NCBI GenBank assembly: GCA_963744995.1
Contig: CAVUWA010000002.1
Span: 224,001 to 288,000 of the forward strand
DNA length: 64,000 nt
Reading direction: 5' to 3'
Source of the DNA: Candidatus Eiseniibacteriota bacterium
GTDB lineage: Bacteria; Eisenbacteria; RBG-16-71-46
The position numbers were made by a program, and so were the translations under genes. The first letter of the stretch is position 1. Every line of letters begins with the position of its first letter. This document shows, piece after piece, positions 39,612 to 48,326 of the stretch. The notes below the pieces were generated by a model. That model saw only the letters and a program-made list of their open reading frames with translations, was not told the DNA's origin and made no database searches.

Positions 39612-40061
39612 TCAGCCCCCTCGTTCGGAGTGTCGGTGAATGATGGTGTTGGTCATGGTCGCCACGTGGACACGCCGCTCCCCGTGGATCGCGAAGACGT
39701 CGGCCCGGACCACGCTGAGCGTGCGTCCCGGCTTGACCACTTCGCCGCAGGCCACCAGCCGCTCGCCGACGGCGGGCTTCAGCAGGTGGATGTCGAACCC
39801 CGCGCTCAACACGTCCGAATCGGGCGGCGCCAGCGTGTACGCCGCGTATCCGCACGCGCTGTCGGCGATGGTCGCCACGATGCCCGCGTGCACGTAGCCG
39901 TTCTGCTGCACCAGATCCTCCCGGCACGGGAGCTCGATCTCGACGACCCCGGGTTCGACGCGACCGAGGGTCGCCCCGATCAGGTGCATGACCTTCTGAT
40001 GCGAGAAACTCTCGCGGATTCTGGCGGAGAAGTCGGGATCGGGCGGGGCGAATTCACTCAT
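39612..40061 (-). CDS. PaaI-family thioesterase
   Basis: QQNGYVHAGIVATIADSACGYAA, LLKPA.GERL, VKPGRTL. Confidence 0.92.
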   Translation of the reverse strand: MSEFAPPDPDFSARIRESFSHQKVMHLIGATLGRVEPGVVEIELPCREDLVQQNGYVHAGIVATIADSACGYAAYTLAPPDSDVLSAGFDIHLLKPAVGERLVACGEVVKPGRTLSVVRADVFAIHGERRVHVATMTNTIIHRHSERGG

Positions 40062-40123
40062 CGCGTGAGATTGGGGGGCGCCGACGGTGGCGTCAACGTG
40101 TGGTGTGGTGAGGGCTTCGCGCC

Positions 40124-40663
40124 TCAACCGCTCCGTCCGAGCAGGTGGCAAACGTGGCTTCGCACCGGCCGGAACTCCACCAGGCCGACTTCCACCAGCC
40201 GCAGCGGGCCCACGGCGGCGGCCCGGCGGCAGACCTCGACGATGGGCCCGATGTGCTCGGCCGGCATCTCCATCGCCACGGTGCAGTGCGGCATCCAGCG
40301 CCCCGGAACGTAGTGGGGCCACTGTTCGAGTCCGAGTGGCTCGGCTGCGCGGTGGAACGACGCGTGGAAGCGCAGAAGCTCGGGCGTCACGGCCGGTGCG
40401 AGGTAGACCGCACGCTCATCTCCCGGGAAGACTCCGACCGACTTCACCTCCAGCGGAATTGGAGCCCATTCGCCCGTGAAGCTCTCGATGACGCGCGCCA
40501 GCGGGGCGATCGGCGCCCTCGGGTAGACCGCCAGGCTCAAGTGCGGGCGGGCGCCGACATCGAGCATGACGGAACAGAGCCCGGCGTCGGCCAGTTCCAA
40601 CCACAGTGCACGGACGCGGGCTTCGGCATCCGCGTCGAAGTTCGCCTCGATCGAAAAGGGCAT
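40124..40663 (-). CDS. 2'-5' RNA ligase / 2H phosphoesterase family protein
   Basis: Two H-x-S/T motifs, PHLSL and PHCTV. Confidence 0.88.
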   Translation of the reverse strand: MPFSIEANFDADAEARVRALWLELADAGLCSVMLDVGARPHLSLAVYPRAPIAPLARVIESFTGEWAPIPLEVKSVGVFPGDERAVYLAPAVTPELLRFHASFHRAAEPLGLEQWPHYVPGRWMPHCTVAMEMPAEHIGPIVEVCRRAAAVGPLRLVEVGLVEFRPVRSHVCHLLGRSG

Positions 40664-40677
40664 CGTGCGGCTCCTGA

Positions 40678-41220
40678 TCAGCGGACCCTGGCGTAGACGT
40701 AGCAATCGCGCGGATCGGGCGATACGTTGGGGTGGATCATCCAGCGATGCAGGATGCCCTCGCGCTGCATGCCCACCTTCTCCATCACACGTGCGGACGC
40801 CGTGTTTTCGACGTCGCACGTCGCCCAGATGCGGCGCACCTCGTCGTTGTCCTCGAGCCAGGTGACGAGCGTGCGGACGGCAGCCGTCGTGATCCCTCTG
40901 TTCCAGAGCCGGTGCGCCAGCACGCAGCCGAAGTCCACGTGATGGCCGCGGGCGCGGCACGCCAGCATTCCGACTGCAGGGGTCGCGGGTTCGGAGGACT
41001 CGGTGATCGCCCAGGTCCATTCGAGCCCGGATTCCCAGCGTCGCTCGCACAACTCCAGAAACGCCCGCGTATCGCCGATATCCCGGTGCGGGCGCCAGGC
41101 CAGGTAGCGGCACACTTCGGGATCGGTGGCGTATCGTTCGTAGATTGCGGGGGCGTCCGAGGTCCCCGCCCGGCGCAGGGCGAAACCCCTGCCGATGAAG
41201 GTCGTAGGCGGGCGGTCCAT
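40678..41220 (-). CDS. GNAT acetyltransferase (RimJ/RimL-like)
   Basis: DPEVCRYLAW, LWNRGITT, CDVENTASARVMEKVGMQREG. Confidence 0.9.
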   Translation of the reverse strand: MDRPPTTFIGRGFALRRAGTSDAPAIYERYATDPEVCRYLAWRPHRDIGDTRAFLELCERRWESGLEWTWAITESSEPATPAVGMLACRARGHHVDFGCVLAHRLWNRGITTAAVRTLVTWLEDNDEVRRIWATCDVENTASARVMEKVGMQREGILHRWMIHPNVSPDPRDCYVYARVR

Positions 41221-41448
41221 GCCCGGAGTCTGCCACGGGACCGCGGCGCGGGAAACCGGCTCCGGCTGCGGACCCCGCGCTCTGGTCAGAGCGGGCCCGG
41301 GTCCGGTATCATTGCCACTCGGCCGGACGCCCGTCCGTGCCGATTTCACATGGTGGGCTGGAAGCGGGTGCGCTCGCTCTCCGGTCCGATTCCGAAGCGA
41401 TCCGTCGGGGCCGAGTGGCTCTTCCGGGTTGCGGAAAGAGAGTGATCC

Positions 41449-43659
41449 ATGTCGTCCACGTTTCGTCCTGCGGCGCATGCTCCCTATCTGCGCCAGCCTC
41501 TCGCCTTCGACCCGCCGCGGCTTCCCGACGGCCATCGCGCGCCGGTCAGCGCCTACTTCGCGCGCCACGTCCTCGACCTCATCAAGCTCAAGGAACGCCT
41601 GCCACAGGAGGCCTACGCCGCGCTGCAGAACACCCTCAGGAACGGCGCGCCGCTCGGCCGTGACACGGCCGAGACGATCGCTTCGGTCGCGCGCGAGTGG
41701 GCCACGTCGCACGGCGCGACGCACTTCACCCACTGGTTCCAGCCGATGACGGGACTCACGGCGGAGAAGCACGACAGCTTCGCCGACCTCAACATCGCGA
41801 TGTGGGGCGAGCTGCGCGTGCTCGAACGCTTCTCGGGCTCGCAGCTCATCCAGAGCGAGCCGGACGCGAGCTCGTTCCCCTCGGGCGGCATGCGCAGCAC
41901 GTTCGAGGCGCGCGGCTACACGGCCTGGGATCCGGGCTCGCCGATGTTCCTGGTCGAGAGTCGCAACGGCCGCACGCTGTGCATCCCGTCGGTGTTCGTC
42001 AGCTATCACGGCGAGAGTCTCGACCACAAGACGCCGGTGCTGCGCGCGCTCGAGGCCCTGAGCTCGCGCGCGGTCACGTTCCTCAAGCTGCTCGGCGACG
42101 GCGACGTGCGCTCGGTGTCCGCGACGCTCGGCTGCGAGCAGGAGTACTTCCTGGTGGATCGGGAGCACTGGGCGGCGCGGCCCGATCTGGTGCTGGCCGG
42201 GCGCACGCTGCTGGGCGCGCCATCGGCGCGCGGCCAGCAGTTCGAGGACCACTACTTCGGTTCGATTCCGGGGCGCGTTCTGGCGTTCATGGAAGAGATG
42301 GAGTTCGAGCTCCATCGCCTCGGCGTGCCGGTCAAGACGCGGCACAACGAGGTCGCGCCGATGCAGTTCGAGATGGCGCCGGTGTTCGAGGACGTCAACC
42401 TCGCCAACGATCACAACGCGCTGGCGATGGACATCATGCGCAAGGTGGCGCACCGGCATCAGTTCGTCTGCCTGCTGCACGAGAAGCCGTTCGACGGCAT
42501 CAACGGCAACGGCAAACACTGCAACTGGAGCATGTCCACCGATCGCGGCGAGAACCTGCTCGACCCGGGCCGGACGCCGCACCAGAATCTGCGCTTCCTG
42601 GCGTTCGTCGCCGCGTGTCTCAAGGGCGTGCACGACCACGCGGACGTGCTGCGCTGGTCGGTGGCGAGCCCCGACAACGATCTGCGGCTCGGCGCCAACG
42701 AGGCGCCGCCGGCGATCATCAGCGTGTTCCTCGGCCAGCTGCTGACCTCGATCATCGAACGCATCGCCTCGGGTGAGAAGATGGCGGATCCCGAGAAGCT
42801 CATGATCCAGCTGGGCGTCGGCCGCATCCCCGAGCTGGCGAAGGACTACACCGACCGCAACCGCACCTCGCCGGTGGCGTTCACGGGGAACAAGTTCGAG
42901 TTCCGCGCCGTCGGCAGCAGCGCGAACACGGCACAGCCGATGTGCATGCTGATCGCCGCCGTGAGCGACGCGCTCGCGCAGATGTCGGCACGGCTGGAGA
43001 AGCGGCTCGAGAACGGCAGCGACCGCGATCAGGAGGTGCTCGGCCTGCTGCGCGAGGTGTTCCAGGAGTCGGCGCCGGTGCGGTTCGAGGGCAACGGTTA
43101 CAGCGAGGAGTGGAAGGCGGAAGCCGCGAAGCGCGGCCTGCCGAACCTCGTGGACACCGTGGCCGCGCTCGAGGCGCTCCAGGCGGATCCGAAACGCACC
43201 GAATTTCTGTGCGAGCTGGGCATCTTCACCCGGCGCGAGATCGAGAGCCGCTTCAACGTGGCGCTCGAGCGTTACATCAAGACGGTCGAGCTCGAGGCCG
43301 ACACGGTGCTCGAGCTGCTGAACACGTACGTGCTGCCGGCGGGCGAGCGACAGCTCGCGTCGAGCACGGCGGCGGTCGAGGCGCTGAAGAAGGCCGGCGT
43401 GCAGTCGGGACCGGCGCTGTCGCGCGCGGCCGGGATCGGCGGCGCGGTGGCGGCGGTGGCAGACGCGGCGCACGCGCTCAAGCAGAGCATCGAAAAGGCG
43501 GACGGCATCCACGACGAGATGAAGCACGCGCGGGTGCTGGCGGACGAAGTCCGGGCGTCGATGGCCACCGCGCGCGCGGCGGCCGATCGCCTCGAACACC
43601 TCGTGGACGCATCGACCTGGGCGCTGCCGCGCTACCGGGAGATGCTGTTCGTGCGGTAG
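41449..43659 (+). CDS. glnA: Glutamine synthetase type III
   Basis: GATHFTHWFQPMTG.TAEKHD, EPDASSFPSGG.RSTFEARGYTAWD, HNEVAP.QFE, NGNGKHCNWS, DRNRTSP.AFTGNKFEFR. Confidence 0.97.
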   Translation: MSSTFRPAAHAPYLRQPLAFDPPRLPDGHRAPVSAYFARHVLDLIKLKERLPQEAYAALQNTLRNGAPLGRDTAETIASVAREWATSHGATHFTHWFQPMTGLTAEKHDSFADLNIAMWGELRVLERFSGSQLIQSEPDASSFPSGGMRSTFEARGYTAWDPGSPMFLVESRNGRTLCIPSVFVSYHGESLDHKTPVLRALEALSSRAVTFLKLLGDGDVRSVSATLGCEQEYFLVDREHWAARPDLVLAGRTLLGAPSARGQQFEDHYFGSIPGRVLAFMEEMEFELHRLGVPVKTRHNEVAPMQFEMAPVFEDVNLANDHNALAMDIMRKVAHRHQFVCLLHEKPFDGINGNGKHCNWSMSTDRGENLLDPGRTPHQNLRFLAFVAACLKGVHDHADVLRWSVASPDNDLRLGANEAPPAIISVFLGQLLTSIIERIASGEKMADPEKLMIQLGVGRIPELAKDYTDRNRTSPVAFTGNKFEFRAVGSSANTAQPMCMLIAAVSDALAQMSARLEKRLENGSDRDQEVLGLLREVFQESAPVRFEGNGYSEEWKAEAAKRGLPNLVDTVAALEALQADPKRTEFLCELGIFTRREIESRFNVALERYIKTVELEADTVLELLNTYVLPAGERQLASSTAAVEALKKAGVQSGPALSRAAGIGGAVAAVADAAHALKQSIEKADGIHDEMKHARVLADEVRASMATARAAADRLEHLVDASTWALPRYREMLFVR

Positions 43660-43718
43660 CGGCAGGGGGCCCGAGGCATGCGCCCCGGGCCCTTCCGCAG
43701 CGCTCGAGCGCGTTCGCC

Positions 43719-44312
43719 ATGTCACGCCCCCGGATCCGCTGCAGGTGGGCCCGCCTCACGAATCCCCTGTACGTGGCCTATCACGACGAAGAGTGGGGCG
43801 TGCCGTCGCACGACGATCGGCACCTGTTCGAGATGCTGATCCTCGAAGGGGCGCAGGCGGGACTCAGCTGGGAGACGATCCTCAACAAGCGTGCCGCCTA
43901 CCGCAAGGCCTACGCCGGCTTCGATCCGCGCCGCGTCGCGCGTTTCGACGCGAGGAAGAAGCGCGCGCTGCTCGCCGACGCCGGCATCGTGCGCAACCGC
44001 CTGAAGATCGACGCTTCGATTTCGAACGCGACGGCGTTCCTCCAGGTGCGGCAGGAGTTCGGCAGCTTCGACCGCTACATCTGGTCGTTCGTGGGCGGCA
44101 GGCCGCAGCGCAACGCCTGGAAGTCGCTGCGCGAGATTCCGACCCGCACCGCCGAGTCCGACGCGATGAGTCGCGATCTGAAGAAGCGCGGCTTCCGCTT
44201 CGTGGGCTCGACGATCTGTTACGCGTTCATGCAGGCGGTCGGCATGGTGAACGACCACACCACCGACTGCTTTCGCTACCGGCGGGCCGGGCGCGGGGCG
44301 GCACGAAGCTAG
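43719..44312 (+). CDS. tag: DNA-3-methyladenine glycosylase I
   Basis: RCRW, YHDEEWG, LEGAQAGLSW.TIL.KR, GIVRNRLKI, GMVNDHTTDC. Confidence 0.96.
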   Translation: MSRPRIRCRWARLTNPLYVAYHDEEWGVPSHDDRHLFEMLILEGAQAGLSWETILNKRAAYRKAYAGFDPRRVARFDARKKRALLADAGIVRNRLKIDASISNATAFLQVRQEFGSFDRYIWSFVGGRPQRNAWKSLREIPTRTAESDAMSRDLKKRGFRFVGSTICYAFMQAVGMVNDHTTDCFRYRRAGRGAARS

Positions 44313-44413
44313 TGTCGCGGGGCCGGCGGGTCCGCTAGCATGGGCACCCGTCGGGTCCGCCCGGGCCGGCGCCGCGTCCGGGCGAACCGTTCCCCTTCGC
44401 CCCGGAGGCTCCG

Positions 44414-45931
44414 TTGCGCGCCTTTCCCGTCGCTCTGACCCTGCTGCTCTGGTCCGCACCCGCGCTCGCGGCCGGTGGTTTCGGCCACGTCTCGTTCGCC
44501 AACTCCGGCGCTCCCGCCGCGCAGGCCGACTTTCAGGAAGCCATGGCGATGCTGCACGACTTCGAATACGAGTCGGCCGCGAAGACGTTCCGGCGCGTGC
44601 AGGCGGCCGATCCCGGCTTCGCCATGGCCTACTGGGGCGAGGCCATGACGTACAACCATCCGATCTGGATGGAGCAGGATCTCGAGAGCGCACGCGCCGC
44701 CTTGAACCGGCTCGCGCCGACCCCGGCCGCGCGGCGGGCGAAGGCGGGCACCGGGCGCGAGAAGGACTACCTCGATGCCATCGAGATCCTGTACGGCGAC
44801 GGCACCAAGATCGATCGTGACTTCCGCTACGAAGCAGCGATGAAGAAGCTGCACGAAGAGTACCCCGGCGACGTGGACGCGACCGCGTTCTACGGCCTCT
44901 CGATCCTGGGGACCGCGCACGCCGGGCGCGACATTCCGACCTACATGCGAGCGGCCGGAGTGCTGGAGGAGGCGTGGGTGGACCATCGCGAGCACCCGGG
45001 GCTCGTGCACTACTTGATCCACTCCTACGACGATCCCGCGCACGCGCCGCTCGGGCTCCGGGCGGCGCGGATCTACGCGCGCATCGCGCCCGACGCCGGC
45101 CACGCGCAGCACATGACGTCGCACATCTTCCTCGCGCTCGGGATGTGGAAGGAGAGCCTCGAGGCGAACATCCATGCGATCGCGGCCGTGGATCGTATGC
45201 GCGAGGCGGCGGGCAGGGATCCGCTCGTCTGCGGCCACTATCCGACCTGGCTCGGCTACTCGTACCTGCAGCTGGGGCGTACCGAAGCAGCGCACGCCAC
45301 GCTCGAACGCTGCGGTGATCAGGCGGTGGCGGCGGCGGGCGCGCGCGCCGGCGAATCGCTCGACCCCGACCACAGCCTGGGTGGATCGTTCGCGAACATG
45401 CGGCTGCGTTACCTGATCGACACGGGCGACTGGAAAGGCGATGTGGCCCGCGCCACGCTGCCGCCGGGCTCGGGGGCGGGCGCGCGGCTCGACTTCGCAT
45501 TCGGCAACGCGCTGTGCGCGGTCGGGGTCGGTGACCCGGCGGCGGCGGGTGCGGCGCTGAAGGACCTCGAGACCGTGGGCAGCGAGGTCGCCGCCATCGA
45601 ACGGAACAACGCGGACCCGGACTCCACCTACCGTATCCGCCCCGCGATCTTCGTGATGGAGACGAAGGGCCTGATCGCCGAGCTGAACGGCGACGTCGCG
45701 GGGGCCGGAGAGCAGCTCGCGGCGGCCGCGGCCGCCGAGGACCGCCTGCCGATCGCGTTCGGCCCGCCGACCATCGACAAGCCGACCCACGAGCTGCTCG
45801 GCGAATTCCTGCTCCGGCACGGGAAGGCCGCCGAGGCGCGCGCCGAGTTCGTGAAGGCACTCGCGCGCACGCCCGGCCGGCGGCTCGCGGTGCAGGGACT
45901 GGCCGCTTCGGCGGGCGCCGCGCCCCGATGA
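44414..45931 (+). CDS. Exported TPR-like protein
   Basis: Signal peptide, DPGFAMAYWGEA, HPGLVHYLIHSYD, HAQHMTSHIF. Confidence 0.8.
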   Translation: MRAFPVALTLLLWSAPALAAGGFGHVSFANSGAPAAQADFQEAMAMLHDFEYESAAKTFRRVQAADPGFAMAYWGEAMTYNHPIWMEQDLESARAALNRLAPTPAARRAKAGTGREKDYLDAIEILYGDGTKIDRDFRYEAAMKKLHEEYPGDVDATAFYGLSILGTAHAGRDIPTYMRAAGVLEEAWVDHREHPGLVHYLIHSYDDPAHAPLGLRAARIYARIAPDAGHAQHMTSHIFLALGMWKESLEANIHAIAAVDRMREAAGRDPLVCGHYPTWLGYSYLQLGRTEAAHATLERCGDQAVAAAGARAGESLDPDHSLGGSFANMRLRYLIDTGDWKGDVARATLPPGSGAGARLDFAFGNALCAVGVGDPAAAGAALKDLETVGSEVAAIERNNADPDSTYRIRPAIFVMETKGLIAELNGDVAGAGEQLAAAAAAEDRLPIAFGPPTIDKPTHELLGEFLLRHGKAAEARAEFVKALARTPGRRLAVQGLAASAGAAPR

Positions 45932-45970
45932 TCGCGGTCACACGGGGGTGAGCCGCCGCGTAATCGCCCC

Positions 45971-46924
45971 ATGCGCACGCTTCCGTTTCTGATCCTCGCG
46001 CTGGCCACGGGCGGTGCCGCGGTTCCGGGGGCGCCGCCGCAGCCGGAGCTCGGCGCGGTTCACTGGGGCCGCGACTTCGACGGCGCCCGCGCCGAGGCGG
46101 CGGCGAGCGGCCGGCCGATGCTCGTCCTGTTCCAGGAGGTGCCCGGTTGTCGGACGTGCCGGGACTTCGGTGGCGGCCCGCTCTCGAACCCGCTGATCGT
46201 CGAGGCGATCGAAACGGAGTTCGTTCCGGTGCTGGTCTACAACAACCGGCCCGCGGACGCGGCGACGCTGCAGGCGTGCCGCGAACCCGCGTGGAACAAT
46301 CCGGTGATCCGCTTCTTCGACGGCCGGGGCCGCGACGTGATCCCGCGCGCAAGCGGCGTGTATGAGGCGGGCGGCGTGGCCGGCCGCATGGCGGCGGCGC
46401 TGCGCGCGGCCGGTAGACCCGTGCCCGGGTACCTCGAGAACCTGGTCGCCGAGACCGCGCCCGCGCGACGCGAGCGCGCGACGATCGCGATGCACTGCTT
46501 CTGGGAGGGCGAGGCGGCGCTCGGCGGTCTGGACGGCGTGCTGGCGACGCGCGCCGCGTACCTCGACGGGCGCGAGGTGGTGGACGTCACCTTCGACGCG
46601 GCGGTTCTGCCGTACGAGCGTCTCGTCGACGCTGCCGAACGGGCGGGGCTGGCGGACCGTGTCTACGCGCGTGACGCGGCGGAGCTCGGCGCCGCGCGTC
46701 GGATCGTCGGGGATCGCGCGATCACGGGCGACAGGGCGTCGCAGCCGGCGGGAGCGGACGATCAGAAGCGCCATCTGCGCTTCTCGCCGCTGCGGGCGCT
46801 CGAGCTGACCCCGCTGCAGGCGGCGCGCGTCAATGCCGCACTGGCCGCGGGAACGCCGCCGGAGCGCTGGCTGAGTCCGCGGCAGCGCGCTGCCGCGCGC
46901 GCGCTGACGACCGCCACGCGCTAG
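45971..46924 (+). CDS. VPG(U/C)xxT-type thioredoxin-like protein with MsrA-like second domain (Cys form)
   Basis: Signal peptide, ELG.V.W.RD, LFQEVPGCRTC, EPAWNNPV.RF, then AMHCFWEGE..LG.LDGV..TR. Confidence 0.8.
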   Translation: MRTLPFLILALATGGAAVPGAPPQPELGAVHWGRDFDGARAEAAASGRPMLVLFQEVPGCRTCRDFGGGPLSNPLIVEAIETEFVPVLVYNNRPADAATLQACREPAWNNPVIRFFDGRGRDVIPRASGVYEAGGVAGRMAAALRAAGRPVPGYLENLVAETAPARRERATIAMHCFWEGEAALGGLDGVLATRAAYLDGREVVDVTFDAAVLPYERLVDAAERAGLADRVYARDAAELGAARRIVGDRAITGDRASQPAGADDQKRHLRFSPLRALELTPLQAARVNAALAAGTPPERWLSPRQRAAARALTTATR

Positions 46925-46933
46925 CTGCGCGGC

Positions 46934-48061
46934 TCAGCCGTTCGAGCCCGACTCCGGTTTCGCTGCCGCCCCGCCGCCGCCCGCGGCGGATTCCTTCGCC
47001 TGGACCTGGTCCGCTCCGTCCTTCTTCACGTCGAGCGGATTCACGAACGTCACCACGCGCTGCGGGAACGGGATTTCGATGCCCTCCTGCGCGTAGCGGG
47101 CGTGCAGGCGCTTCACGAACTCGTGCGTCGTCAGGTAGCGGTCGACGAACGTCTGCACGCGCAGGATGACGCTGAAGTTGATCGAGGAATCGCCGAACTG
47201 GTTGTAGCGCGTGAACGGCTCGAATTCGCCCACGCCACCCTGCACGTGCCGCAGCGTTTCGCGCGCGACTTCGATCGTCACCTTTTCGACGAAGGCGAGG
47301 TCGGAATCGTAGCTCACGCCGACCGGAATCACGACCGACTGTTCGTCCACCGGCATCGAGTAGTTGCGCACGATCAGGTCGGCGAGCTTCGCGTTGGGGA
47401 CGATGTACAGGTTGTTCGGCAGCTCGCGGATCTGCGTGGTGCGCCAGTCGATGTCCTCGACGTAGCCCGTCTGTCCGGACTCCAGCTCGATGAAGTCGCC
47501 GATCCGCACCTTGCGCGCCAGCGTGATCTGAAAACCGGCGAACAGGTTCGAAAGGGTCGGTTGCAGCGCGAGCGCCACGGCCAGCGAGCCGACGCCCAGG
47601 GCCGTGATGATGGGGGTGATCGCGATGCCGACGTTCGACGCGATCACCAGCAGGCCCAGCGAGATCACGATGATCCGGATCGCATTCTGGACCAGGCTCG
47701 ACGACTGCGAGCCGTCGCCCCAGGTCTTTGCCGATTCGGCCAGGATGCCGGTCAGGATCGCGGACAGGGCGATCGTCACCGAGAGGATGAACAACGCCGT
47801 GACGGAGCGGTAGATCCAGAACATCAACTCCCACGGCCCCATGATGTGCCGGAGGCCGACCACGAGACCGAGCAGCAGGAACCAGAGGGGGATGTGCGGC
47901 TTGAGTGCGGCGAGCAGAATGTCGTCGAGGTTCGTCTTCGTCCTGCTGAAGACCTGGGCGACGCGCGGCAGCAGGAGGCGGGTGAGCACCCAGCCGAGGA
48001 GCCATGCGCCCGCTGCGAGGCCGGTGCCGACGAGGATTCTGTTGAGCAGCGCCTGATCCAT
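46934..48061 (-). CDS. Small-conductance mechanosensitive channel (MscS family)
   Basis: ALGVGSLAVALALQPTLSNLFAG, RIGDFI, GYVEDI.WRTT, VPN, GIEIPFPQR. Confidence 0.95.
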   Translation of the reverse strand: MDQALLNRILVGTGLAAGAWLLGWVLTRLLLPRVAQVFSRTKTNLDDILLAALKPHIPLWFLLLGLVVGLRHIMGPWELMFWIYRSVTALFILSVTIALSAILTGILAESAKTWGDGSQSSSLVQNAIRIIVISLGLLVIASNVGIAITPIITALGVGSLAVALALQPTLSNLFAGFQITLARKVRIGDFIELESGQTGYVEDIDWRTTQIRELPNNLYIVPNAKLADLIVRNYSMPVDEQSVVIPVGVSYDSDLAFVEKVTIEVARETLRHVQGGVGEFEPFTRYNQFGDSSINFSVILRVQTFVDRYLTTHEFVKRLHARYAQEGIEIPFPQRVVTFVNPLDVKKDGADQVQAKESAAGGGGAAAKPESGSNG

Positions 48062-48326
48062 GCGTAACGCTCCCTGACGCCGGGCGCGGTGGCCATCACC
48101 GCGTCGAATTCCCTGCGATCACGCGCGGGGCCGCGTCGTTTCCTACCTAGAACATCGGTTTCCCTTTGTCCAGCCGTCGGCCGGGCCCTACTATCGTTCA
48201 TCGCGCCCGGCCGCCCCCTGCCGGGCCGCGCGTTCCCGTTCGACGGCCGGTTCCCCGAGGCGACTTCCCATTCCAGCCCCAGACCACACTCCTCTGCGTC
48301 CGCGGCGCGCGGGCGCCGCCGCACTC

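Noticed and set aside
41221..41448. Glutamine riboswitch or sigma54 promoter upstream of glnA
   Set aside because: No recognisable glnA-motif RNA and no TGGCAC-N5-TTGC element.
43664..43695. Hairpin after glnA as an intrinsic terminator
   Set aside because: The stem GGGCCCG.GGC/GCC.CGGGCCC is present but lacks a U-tract, so it was not called.
40678..43725. 1015-aa minus-strand ORF antisense to glnA, and similar long shadow ORFs such as 21179-23695 and 52780-55860
   Set aside because: Antisense shadows caused by high-GC codon bias. Only the last 180 codons (GNAT) have family motifs.
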